This document shows positions 37,486-46,665 of a stretch of DNA of 64,000 nt, piece after piece. Both the position numbers and the translations under genes were made by a program. The notes below the pieces were generated by a model. The model worked only from the letters and a program-made list of their open reading frames with translations, had not been told where the DNA came from and searched no databases. Source of the stretch: an uncultured Clostridia bacterium (GTDB lineage Bacteria > Bacillota > Clostridia > Christensenellales > UBA1242); NCBI GenBank assembly GCA_930979925.1, contig CAKNIB010000006.1, forward strand, positions 1,233-65,232, given 5' to 3'. The first letter of the stretch is position 1. Every line of letters begins with the position of its first letter.

Positions 37486-40400
37486 ATGTACAAAAAAGTT
37501 GAGTCAAAACTAGATTTTGTTGCAAACGAGACAAAAATTCTCAAATTCTGGGAGGAGAACAAGATTATTGACAAAGGTCTGTCACTACATAAAAATAGCG
37601 ACAAAAGCTTTGTTTTGCATGATGGACCGCCAACTGCCAATGGTAAACCGCACATTGGCCATGTTTTGACCCGTGCTATGAAAGACGTTATCCCAAGATA
37701 CAAGTCCATGAAGGGCTATTATATCTATCGAAAGGCTGGCTGGGACACTCACGGACTGCCTGTCGAGGTCGAAGTAGAGAAAAAGCTTGGTTTCAATGGC
37801 AAAAAAGATATTGAAAACTATGGCATTGACAAATTTATCGAGCTATGCAAGAGTTCTGTCTGGGAATACAAGTCCATGTGGGAGGACTTGACAAAAAAGA
37901 TAGGCTACTGGGTTGATATGGACCATCCATATATTACCTATGACAATAAATATATTGAGAGTATCTTTTGGGCTCTTAAGGAGATGGACAAAAAAGGTCT
38001 TATCTACCAAGGACACAAGGTAGTCCCATACTGTCCACGCTGTGGCACCTCACTTTCTAAAGCCGAGCTTGAAAATGGCGATAATTACAAAATTTTAAAA
38101 GAAAACTCAGTATACGTTAAACTAAAAAGCCTAGATGAAGATAATACCTATTTCCTAGTTTGGACAACTACTCCTTGGACTCTTCCATCAAACGTAGCAC
38201 TTTGTATGAATCCAAATGAGGAGTATACCAAGCTCTCTTTTGAAGGCAAAAACTATATCATGCTTGATAAGCTTATACCAACACTTTTTGAAGAGGGTAG
38301 TTACACAAAGCTTTACACTAAAAAAGGCAAAGAGTTTGAATATCACAAGTATCAACCATTGTTTGACTATGTAAAGGATGAGGTAAAGAAAGGCTATTTT
38401 GTTATAGTTGATGACTATGTAACCACCGAGGATGGTACAGGTATCGTTCATATTGCACCAGCTTTTGGTGAAGACGACTACAAAGCTGGCATTAAATATG
38501 GGCTAACCTTTGTTCAACTTGTAGGCGAAGATGGACTTATGAGTGATAAGACAGACTTCGGCGGACTTTTCGTCAAAGACGCCGACAAACTTATCATAGA
38601 AAAACTTAAAAATGAGGATAAACTGTTTAAAGTTCAACCTATAGAGCACTCTTATCCTCATTGCTGGAGATGTAAGAGCCCACTACTTTATTACGCTCAA
38701 GATGCCTGGTTTGTAAAGACTACAGCCATCAAAGACAAACTTGTCGAGAACAATCAGGGTATAAATTGGATACCAGACCATATCAAAAATGGTCGTATGG
38801 GCAATTTCCTTGCGGGCAACATTGACTGGAACATCTCACGTAATAGATATTGGGGTACACCTCTTCCTTTCTGGAAGTGTGAAAACGGACATATCCATGT
38901 AATAGGTAGCGTTGAGGAGCTTAAAAAATTGTCAGGCGTCACTGGTGAGCTCGACCTTCATAAGCCAACCCTTGATAAAATCACCTTCCCTTGCCCAACT
39001 TGTGGCAAAACCATGCATAGAACCCCCGAGGTCATGGACTGCTGGTTTGACTCGGGCTCTATGCCATTTGCACAATATCACTATCCGTTTGAAAATAAAG
39101 AGACCTTTGCGAAGGCTTTCTGTGCCGACTATATCAGCGAGGCAATAGACCAAACAAGAGGCTGGTTCTACACACTTCTCACAGTAAACACAGCCGTTTT
39201 TGACAAAGCTCCATATAAAGCCTGCAATGTTTTGGGACTTGTACTTGACAAACACGGACTTAAAATGTCAAAGAGCTTAAAAAATGGTGTTGACCCATGG
39301 GATGTTCTTTCAAAATATGGTGCTGATGGTGTTAGGTGGTACTTCTTCTCAAGTTGCAACCCAGCTCAAGGCCTGCCATTTATAGAGGAAAACCTTGTTG
39401 ACCTCCAACGTAAATTTATGGGCACCCTTTGGAATGTATATTACTTCTATGTACTCTATGCTGAAATTGACCAGATTGACCCAAGCAAGTATAGCCTAAA
39501 AGACTGCAAACTTTCCTTCCTTGATAAGTGGTTACTATCTGATTTTAACGCGCTTATAAAGACTGTTGATGAGTGTCTTGACAAATACGATATGCAAACT
39601 CCAGCTAGAGCTATAAGCGAGTTTGTTGATAAGCTTTCAAATTGGTATATCAGACGTTCTCGTGAAAGGTTCTGGGGTAGCGAAGAGAACGATGACAAAA
39701 AGTCAGCCTACAAAACACTTTACGAAGTACTCGTATCTTTAAGCAAACTCATTGCACCTTTTGTGCCATTTATTGCAGAGGAAATTTATCAGAATCTTGT
39801 TCGTAGCCTTGACAAGTCGGCACCAGAAAGCGTACATTTCTGCGCCTTCCCTGAGGCTGACGAGAGCCTTATTGATACCTCTCTCAACGAAGGTATGGAT
39901 AAGGTACTTGAAATTGTCAACCTTGGCAGAGCTTGTCGAAGTGCAAGTAACGTTAAAAATCGTCAACCACTTTCAAAGGTAATCGTCTGCACAAGTAAGG
40001 AACTCAAGCTAGACAAAGAACTCCAAGAACTTATAAAAGACGAGCTCAATGTCGAGACAATAGAAATCTTACATAACGCTGACGAATATGTTTCTTATGA
40101 GCTTAAACCTCAACTCCGTACAGTTGGGCCAAAGTATGGCAAACTCCTCGGCGGAATAAAGAACTATTTGACAACTGCTGGTAGTGCAGAAAACGTAGGC
40201 AAGGTTCGACAGGGCGGAGCTCTCGAGTTTGAAGTAGACGGACAAAAAGTAGAACTCTTTGAAGATGACCTTTTAATCGGACTTAAAAATAAAGAGGGCT
40301 ACTCAAGCGAGACTAATGGAGAACTTACTGTAGTTCTAGACACTAACCTTACACAAGACTTACTTGAAAAGGGCATGGTTAAGGAATTTGTAAGTAAGAT

Positions 40401-40617
40401 TCAATCACTACGAAAGGATAGCGACTTTGAAGTTGTAAATCATATAAAGATAGAACTCTCTGGCGATAAAACTTTAATCGACCTTCTACTAAAATATGAG
40501 CGGGCAATTAAGAAGGGTACCCTTTGTGATGAGGTCAAAGAGGGCTCGTCCGGCTCTCACTCAATGACCTTTGACTACAACAGCAAACAAGTAGAAGTCA
40601 AAATCGCAAAAATATAA
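37486..40617 (+). CDS. ileS: Isoleucyl-tRNA synthetase (long, type-2-like form)
   Basis: The HIGH motif (GKPHIGHV) and KMSKS motif (LKMSKS) are present. I chose the start MYKKVESKLDF at 37486 with SD AAAAGGAGAG; the track start at 37444 lies inside the T-box terminator. Confidence 0.95.
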   Translation: MYKKVESKLDFVANETKILKFWEENKIIDKGLSLHKNSDKSFVLHDGPPTANGKPHIGHVLTRAMKDVIPRYKSMKGYYIYRKAGWDTHGLPVEVEVEKKLGFNGKKDIENYGIDKFIELCKSSVWEYKSMWEDLTKKIGYWVDMDHPYITYDNKYIESIFWALKEMDKKGLIYQGHKVVPYCPRCGTSLSKAELENGDNYKILKENSVYVKLKSLDEDNTYFLVWTTTPWTLPSNVALCMNPNEEYTKLSFEGKNYIMLDKLIPTLFEEGSYTKLYTKKGKEFEYHKYQPLFDYVKDEVKKGYFVIVDDYVTTEDGTGIVHIAPAFGEDDYKAGIKYGLTFVQLVGEDGLMSDKTDFGGLFVKDADKLIIEKLKNEDKLFKVQPIEHSYPHCWRCKSPLLYYAQDAWFVKTTAIKDKLVENNQGINWIPDHIKNGRMGNFLAGNIDWNISRNRYWGTPLPFWKCENGHIHVIGSVEELKKLSGVTGELDLHKPTLDKITFPCPTCGKTMHRTPEVMDCWFDSGSMPFAQYHYPFENKETFAKAFCADYISEAIDQTRGWFYTLLTVNTAVFDKAPYKACNVLGLVLDKHGLKMSKSLKNGVDPWDVLSKYGADGVRWYFFSSCNPAQGLPFIEENLVDLQRKFMGTLWNVYYFYVLYAEIDQIDPSKYSLKDCKLSFLDKWLLSDFNALIKTVDECLDKYDMQTPARAISEFVDKLSNWYIRRSRERFWGSEENDDKKSAYKTLYEVLVSLSKLIAPFVPFIAEEIYQNLVRSLDKSAPESVHFCAFPEADESLIDTSLNEGMDKVLEIVNLGRACRSASNVKNRQPLSKVIVCTSKELKLDKELQELIKDELNVETIEILHNADEYVSYELKPQLRTVGPKYGKLLGGIKNYLTTAGSAENVGKVRQGGALEFEVDGQKVELFEDDLLIGLKNKEGYSSETNGELTVVLDTNLTQDLLEKGMVKEFVSKIQSLRKDSDFEVVNHIKIELSGDKTLIDLLLKYERAIKKGTLCDEVKEGSSGSHSMTFDYNSKQVEVKIAKI

Positions 40618-40620
40618 TAT

Positions 40621-40707
40621 AAAAATGCACTCTATAATAATGAAATGCACCTTTAAAAAGTTTTTTAACTTTTTAAGAGTACATCATAACCATAGAGTGC
40701 ATTTTTT
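40621..40707 (+). terminator. Nested-hairpin terminator after ileS
   Basis: The outer stem is AAAAATGCACTCTAT/ATAGAGTGCATTTTT, enclosing a perfect inner hairpin TTAAAAAGTT/AACTTTTTAA. A T-run follows. Confidence 0.6.
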
Positions 40708-40875
40708 GTCAAATTTAGCAACAAAATTGTTATTTACTTGACAAAAATTTTGCAATAGCGGTAAAATAAATTATAAAAACCTGAAAACTATTTTTCTACT
40801 TACAAAATAAATAGAGTAAAATGGTTTAAAATAAGGTTATAAATAATTTTTTTAAAAATTATAATAGGGAAGGGA

Positions 40876-43800
40876 ATGCTAAAAGAACTTTTGGATAAAA
40901 AATATTATTTTTTAGTGGTAATGTTATTAATAACATTTTTAATAGCAAGTTTTTCTTTTCCGTCAAGACAATCAAAGTCTAATGCTGAGCCTACTGGCTC
41001 GTGGAGCTCTTATGCGGATACCGAATGGGCAGGTAGTGGCACTCAAAGTTCTCCTTACCTTATATCTACTCCTGAGGAGCTTGCTGGTCTTGCTTACATG
41101 GTATATAGTGGAACAAATTATTCTGGAACATATTTTAGACAGACACAGGACATTGACTTATCTGATCATTATTGGACTCCAATAGGGGCTCCTGCTATGG
41201 GATTTAAAGGTAATTATAATGGAGATTATTATAATATTTCAGGACTTTATATCAATACAAGTTCGACGGATTATGTTGGTCTATTTGGTTATATAGAAGA
41301 TGCGAATATATCAAATTTTTCACTTACTAGCGGTAGCATTTTAGGGAATAAATATGTTGGAGGCATTGTAGGTTATTCCAATAGCTCAAGTATACAAAAC
41401 TGTATAAGTGATATTTCCGTTGAAGGTTATACCTATACTGGTGGTATAGTCGGATCTGCAGGTGACTCAGATATTTTAAGCTGTGCAAGCACACTAGCTG
41501 TGTTTGGCAGTAGCAGTCAGATTGGCGGTATTGCCGGAGGAACGTCTGGAGGATCTGTGAATTATTGCTATAATACAGCTGGTATATATGCTTCAAACTC
41601 TCAGTATGTAGGAGGGATAGCAGGTGAAGCATGGAATATGGAAATTAATTATTGTATTAATTATAGTACAATTATAAGTACAAGACATGTTGGTGGTATA
41701 GTAGGGGGAACAAATGGAGCAACAGTTTCATACTGTGCAAATGAAGGCAATATACTTGCAGATAAAATGTTTGGTGGAATAGTAGGAGTAGGTAAAACTT
41801 CTGAAATTAATAATAGTTATAACTCAGGCGATATGCTGTGTCTTGGAATAGGACCCAATAATGATAATGTGTACGCAGGAGGAATAGTAGGATATCACTG
41901 GCGTCAGTTTACTTTTCGCGTTATAAGTAATTGCTTTAACTCAGGAGAGGTGAGTGCTTCTTATGGTAATTATTTGGGTGGTATAGTTGGATGGTCTAAT
42001 TATGCCATTTATAGTTGTTTTAATTTAGGAGAGGTTTACACTATTTATGGTACTCAGAGTACTGCAGGCGAGCTAGCAGGATCAAGTATTACTGGTACAT
42101 ATAGATGTTACACCTCTTCACAATCTCGACCTACAGATTTATCTTGGTTTACCAACACATCAAACTGGCATTACAGCTGTCAATGGGATTTTTCAAGTAG
42201 ATGGGGATTAAGCTCTAATTATAACAATAATTACCCATATTTAAGAATGTTTACTTACAGCATTAACTATAACTTAGACGGGGTGACATCAGAAACTTTG
42301 TATTGCGATTGGGGAACTTCGTATGAATTTTTGACAGAGGGGGCAAAAGAAGGATATGTCGTTTCTGGTTGGACAAGTGCTGACCTAAATAGAAACTATG
42401 CAAAAATAGGTACATCTAAAGCTAATGTATATTGGGATGGGTCTACAACAGATGCAAGCCACTTTGCTGACCTTGGTTCAAATGGACAAACTGTCACCCT
42501 AACTGCTAACTGGGAAGAGATACAGTATGATGTACAAATAGAATACAACGATGGAGTAACTTCAAACAGGACAATAAGTAATATCCCATATTTGACGGTA
42601 TTCAATGTGCCTAATCCAACAAGGACGGCATACAACTTTGCCGGCTGGAGCTCTAGCAACAAAGATGATACCGCATTAGTAGGCGACAGTGCAACCTCGT
42701 GCACAACCTCATGGACGAGCGGAACAACCAAAGCCACATTTTTTAGTAAATTGACTTCTACCGATGGAAGAACAGTAATCTTAGCAGCCAATTGGGATCC
42801 AATAAACTACACCATAGATTTTGATCTAAATGGTGGCACGTTATCAAATCCTTTTTCATCATATAATACTGAAAGTACTACAACATTGCCAGAGCCTTCA
42901 AAGACAGGCTATACATTTACCGGGTGGTATTGTACAGCTTCTAATGGCAACTGGAGGGTAGGAACAACTTATCCTGCAGGGACGGCACTTGATGGGATGT
43001 ATGGTAATGTATCTTTCAGAGCCACCTGGCGAGCAAATACATACACTTTAACCTTTGACCCACAGGGTGGCTCAGTAAGTCCAACAAGCATTCAGGTAAC
43101 CTATGACCAGCCATATGGATATCACAACGGGGGAGTACTACCAATACCAACACGAAACGACTATGTCTTTGGGGGGTGGTATACACAACCTGGGAACATA
43201 AGCTCAAACAAGAAAACTGCATCAAGCATTTACGGTATAGCGGGAGATAGTACCCTCTATGCTTACTGGAATGAAACATGGAATATGTACGCAGAAAAGC
43301 CATCAGGCAATGGAACTACCGCTTCACCGTACTTGATATCAGAGCCCGAACATCTCGGCTGGCTATCCTATGAGGTTGCAAGAGGGCGAGAAACAACAGC
43401 GGTATGCAGGCAGACAGCAAATATAAGCTTGGAGCAAAGTAGAGGAGAGTCATCATCCGAGCCGGCATGGTATCCAATAGGCACTGAGTCTTATCCGTTT
43501 AGAGGCAGTTATGATGGCAATGGATATAGCGTTGAAATAGGCTATTACAATTTTGCCTTTTATGCAGATAGAGATATGTTTGGGCTCTTTGGGTATACGA
43601 ATGGAGCAAGAATCAATAAAGTATACGTAAGAATATGGTGGACTTTTGCCCAAATTACACAAACCTTAAATTTTAATAATATAGGAACGGTAATAGGCTA
43701 TGCAAAAGGAAATACAGTTATATCCAATAGCGCAATATACGCAACCCTCGCACCATTTTTCACAGGCATGAGAAACTCTGGGATATTTATAGGTTATGCG

Positions 43801-44085
43801 GAAAGCACGGTGACGATAACAGACTGCGTTGTATTTAGATTTACCGCAGAAGACCCTGATGTAGAGACGGTTGCACTTTCAGGCGGAAACCCAAGGATAG
43901 AGAGCTGTGTATATATAATAAATGGAGTCAAGGGTTACGCCTTTACTGGCTACTCAGACTCTACAGAGACAAACTTTGTGATAGCAGACTACCTATCAGC
44001 TCCAGTTCCAGCAGGGCTATCTTGGCTAGCATATGGCGGAGAGCGAGCCACTCTTGCCGAGATTAAAGCTTGGGCGAATAGTTAA
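40876..44085 (+). CDS. Large cell-surface protein with GLUG-type (GGIVG) repeats and Listeria-Bacteroides (Flg_new/InlB B-type) repeats
   Basis: An N-terminal TM or signal segment is present. Eight copies of xxGGI(V/A)G...(S/N)xC are spaced 20-30 aa apart, from about 41350 to 42000. Four repeats of about 70 aa end in GY.F.GW (about 42240-43160). A second module starting GNGTTASPYLISEPEHL mirrors the N-terminal GSGTQSSPYLISTPEEL. Confidence 0.7.
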   Translation: MLKELLDKKYYFLVVMLLITFLIASFSFPSRQSKSNAEPTGSWSSYADTEWAGSGTQSSPYLISTPEELAGLAYMVYSGTNYSGTYFRQTQDIDLSDHYWTPIGAPAMGFKGNYNGDYYNISGLYINTSSTDYVGLFGYIEDANISNFSLTSGSILGNKYVGGIVGYSNSSSIQNCISDISVEGYTYTGGIVGSAGDSDILSCASTLAVFGSSSQIGGIAGGTSGGSVNYCYNTAGIYASNSQYVGGIAGEAWNMEINYCINYSTIISTRHVGGIVGGTNGATVSYCANEGNILADKMFGGIVGVGKTSEINNSYNSGDMLCLGIGPNNDNVYAGGIVGYHWRQFTFRVISNCFNSGEVSASYGNYLGGIVGWSNYAIYSCFNLGEVYTIYGTQSTAGELAGSSITGTYRCYTSSQSRPTDLSWFTNTSNWHYSCQWDFSSRWGLSSNYNNNYPYLRMFTYSINYNLDGVTSETLYCDWGTSYEFLTEGAKEGYVVSGWTSADLNRNYAKIGTSKANVYWDGSTTDASHFADLGSNGQTVTLTANWEEIQYDVQIEYNDGVTSNRTISNIPYLTVFNVPNPTRTAYNFAGWSSSNKDDTALVGDSATSCTTSWTSGTTKATFFSKLTSTDGRTVILAANWDPINYTIDFDLNGGTLSNPFSSYNTESTTTLPEPSKTGYTFTGWYCTASNGNWRVGTTYPAGTALDGMYGNVSFRATWRANTYTLTFDPQGGSVSPTSIQVTYDQPYGYHNGGVLPIPTRNDYVFGGWYTQPGNISSNKKTASSIYGIAGDSTLYAYWNETWNMYAEKPSGNGTTASPYLISEPEHLGWLSYEVARGRETTAVCRQTANISLEQSRGESSSEPAWYPIGTESYPFRGSYDGNGYSVEIGYYNFAFYADRDMFGLFGYTNGARINKVYVRIWWTFAQITQTLNFNNIGTVIGYAKGNTVISNSAIYATLAPFFTGMRNSGIFIGYAESTVTITDCVVFRFTAEDPDVETVALSGGNPRIESCVYIINGVKGYAFTGYSDSTETNFVIADYLSAPVPAGLSWLAYGGERATLAEIKAWANS

Positions 44086-44089
44086 AACA

Positions 44090-44127
44090 AAAAATCAGCA
44101 AAAAATGAAATTTTGCTGATTTTTTTG
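44090..44127. terminator. Bidirectional terminator between convergent genes
   Basis: The stem is ATCAGCAAAA/TTTTGCTGAT, flanked by an A-run and a T-run. Confidence 0.7.
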
Positions 44128-44187
44128 TTGGATTTAATCAATTCTATAAAATTATGAAATAGATATAAATCTTAGTTATAATCTAAA

Positions 44188-44865
44188 TTACTCTCGCTCT
44201 TCGTCTTCATTTTCGCTTACTTTGTCGTTTTCATTGCCACTTCTGTCAATAAGATTATAAGCATCAATTCTATAAAACATTGGTCTATTTAACATATATA
44301 CTTGCCATTCTGTAAACATTTCAGCTTCAAATCTCTTTTGCTCAATGTGGTAAGGGCAGTCTTTGCCATATTTCATAACGCTGCGACTATTGATAAGGTC
44401 GTTTATGTATTTTTGATATTTTTTAAGTTCTTCCATTGGCAATTGTCTAAATCTTCGCTTGTCATTTTCTAAGTCAGGTTCGCCCCAATGAAATCGTGGA
44501 ACGCTAGGGAAATAAACACCTTGCTCTAAAAAGTATTCAAGGTCGTTTTCAACCTCTTTGTTAAGCTTAATTATATCTCCAAGATATATAGGGTATTTAT
44601 CACCTTGATCCATAAAGAACAACTCACGAACAAGCTTGCTGTGTTCTTCTTCAAAGATATATGACTTGCCACCATTCCCAAAATTTATATTTATATCAGC
44701 GTGTTCACAATCATAGATTATTTGAGACAAATTTTGCACATTCTTTTCCCTTTGCACGCTGTCAAGACGAGAGATAAAATATTCTGCCACTTCTTGACTG
44801 ATTTTACCTTGCTTATATTTATCATAAATTTCAAGCATTGCAAATCTGATATTATTAATTCCCAT
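44188..44865 (-). CDS. Hypothetical protein with no recognisable domain
   Basis: The protein is 225 aa with the SD AAGGAGA. It is monocistronic, sitting between a bidirectional terminator and a divergent promoter region, and has an acidic C-terminal tail. Confidence 0.5.
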   Translation of the reverse strand: MGINNIRFAMLEIYDKYKQGKISQEVAEYFISRLDSVQREKNVQNLSQIIYDCEHADININFGNGGKSYIFEEEHSKLVRELFFMDQGDKYPIYLGDIIKLNKEVENDLEYFLEQGVYFPSVPRFHWGEPDLENDKRRFRQLPMEELKKYQKYINDLINSRSVMKYGKDCPYHIEQKRFEAEMFTEWQVYMLNRPMFYRIDAYNLIDRSGNENDKVSENEDEERE

Positions 44866-44990
44866 AAAAATCTCCTTATATGACTATTTTATCACATAAT
44901 TTTTGTTTGTCAATACCAAAAACATAAATAGTTTAATTTTAATTGTAAAAACGGCGAAGTTTTGATATAATAGTTTTCAAAGGATATTAT

Positions 44991-45839
44991 ATGAAAATAG
45001 CAAACGATTGGAAAGATTATAAAGTAATTGCAACAGGTGATGGCGAAAAACTCGAAAAGTGGGGTGATTATATTTTGCTTCGCCCAGACCCTCAAGTTAT
45101 TTGGCATGCAAAAAGTGACTTATCAAAGTACCCAGGACTTGACGGACATTACCTGCGTTCTAGCTCGGGTGGTGGAAACTGGCAGTTTTTTAAAAATGTT
45201 CCAGAGAGATGGTCGATTAATTGGAGAGGACTAAAGTTTATTATAAAACCAATGGGGTTTAAACATACAGGGCTCTTTCCAGAGCAGGCTGTCAACTGGA
45301 ACGATATAATGAAGGCGATAAAAGAGGCAAATCGTCCTATAAAGGTGCTAAACTTGTTTGCTTATACGGGTGGAGCTAGTGTTGTCTGTGCAAGCGCAGG
45401 AGCACAAGTCACTCACGTTGATGCCAGTAAAGGCATGGTGGAACGCGCCAAAGAAAACGCCTCATTAAATGGTATCACTAATATACGCTATATAGTAGAC
45501 GATTGCAAAAAGTTTATAGAAAGAGAGATAAGACGAGGCAATTTTTATGACGCTATTATCATGGACCCTCCAAGTTATGGTAGAGGCACAAATGGCGAGA
45601 TGTGGAAGCTTGAAGACAACCTTTTTGACTTTGTCGAGCTTACCAAAAAGGTCCTCTCTCCAAATCCTCTTTTTGTGCTAATCTCTTCATATACTACTGG
45701 GCTTCAAGCCAGCGTGCTTGCCAATATCTTAACATTGGTCTTTGGAAGTGGTGGAATTGATGCTGACGAAATAGGACTGCCAACAGACGAGACAATAGTT
45801 CTTCCTTGTGGAGCAAGAGGTTTAAAATTATGGAAATAA
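44991..45839 (+). CDS. Class I SAM-dependent methyltransferase (RlmI/RlmK-like catalytic domain)
   Basis: The SAM-binding motif LNLFAYTGGASV and the motif IIMDPPSYGRG are present. Confidence 0.7.
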   Translation: MKIANDWKDYKVIATGDGEKLEKWGDYILLRPDPQVIWHAKSDLSKYPGLDGHYLRSSSGGGNWQFFKNVPERWSINWRGLKFIIKPMGFKHTGLFPEQAVNWNDIMKAIKEANRPIKVLNLFAYTGGASVVCASAGAQVTHVDASKGMVERAKENASLNGITNIRYIVDDCKKFIEREIRRGNFYDAIIMDPPSYGRGTNGEMWKLEDNLFDFVELTKKVLSPNPLFVLISSYTTGLQASVLANILTLVFGSGGIDADEIGLPTDETIVLPCGARGLKLWK

Positions 45840-46657
45840 AAGAAAATATGGAAAATAAAGATATGGAATTAAAGGAAAATTTAGAGAAAATTAATGAAAA
45901 TATACAAAAAAATACAGAAAAAACACAAAAAAACGATGAAAAACCGTTAAAAAACGACAAAAATCAAGATTTAATTGTTTTATATGAGGACAATCAAATA
46001 ATTGTTGTGGTAAAGCCTCAAAATGTACCATCACAATCTGACATTACTGGCGACAAAGACATGCTCAGCATGGTTAAAGAATATGTAAAGAAGAAATACA
46101 ATAAAGAGGGTGAGGCATTTATTGGGCTTGTGCACCGCCTTGACCGTCCAACTGGTGGTATTATGGTTTTTGCACGCACTTCAAAGTCAGCGTCAAGATT
46201 ATCAGAACAGATAAAAAACAATCAGATGCAAAAGATATATTACGCGGTTACAACAAAAATTCCTCAACAAAAGAGTGGGAATTTAATAAACTATCTTAAA
46301 AAAGACGAAAAAAATAACATTGTAAAGATTGTTCCGCAAAGCGAGAGCGGTGCAAAGCTTGCAGAGCTTGGCTATAAAGTATTGCAAACAAATGAAAATT
46401 TAGCTCTTGTTGAGGTCAAATTAAAAACGGGCAGGTCTCATCAAATAAGGGTGCAATTCGCTGGTATTAATTGTCCGCTTTATGGAGACAATAAATATGG
46501 AAAAGAAAGGAAACTATCTAACAATTTAGGCTTGTGGGCAGGAAGACTTGAGTTTACCCACCCAACAACCAAACAAAAGATGACTTTTGCCTGTCCTCCC
46601 GACAGTGAGACAGCACCATGGAATAAATTTTACATGGACAAATACTTTTTAAGATAG
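45830..46657 (+). CDS. RluA-family pseudouridine synthase with a K/E/N-rich N-terminal extension
   Basis: The catalytic motif is HRLDRPTGGIMVFARTSKSA, and a KxGRSHQIR motif is present. I chose the start MEIKEN at 45830, which overlaps the upstream stop. Confidence 0.8.
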   Translation: MEIKENMENKDMELKENLEKINENIQKNTEKTQKNDEKPLKNDKNQDLIVLYEDNQIIVVVKPQNVPSQSDITGDKDMLSMVKEYVKKKYNKEGEAFIGLVHRLDRPTGGIMVFARTSKSASRLSEQIKNNQMQKIYYAVTTKIPQQKSGNLINYLKKDEKNNIVKIVPQSESGAKLAELGYKVLQTNENLALVEVKLKTGRSHQIRVQFAGINCPLYGDNKYGKERKLSNNLGLWAGRLEFTHPTTKQKMTFACPPDSETAPWNKFYMDKYFLR

Positions 46658-46665
46658 GAGTTTTT

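Noticed and set aside
40621-40707. 15-bp inverted repeats upstream of the big surface-protein gene as an invertible promoter (inverton)
   Set aside because: The repeats enclose only 56 bp, with no promoter-like hexamers inside and no recombinase nearby. A following T-run fits a nested ileS terminator better.
45840-45960. A-rich repetitive DNA (also 49390-49508 and 63600-63850) as a possible repeat element
   Set aside because: The reading frames are intact and continuous with enzyme domains. The repetitiveness reflects K/E/N-rich low-complexity coding sequence, not a non-coding repeat.
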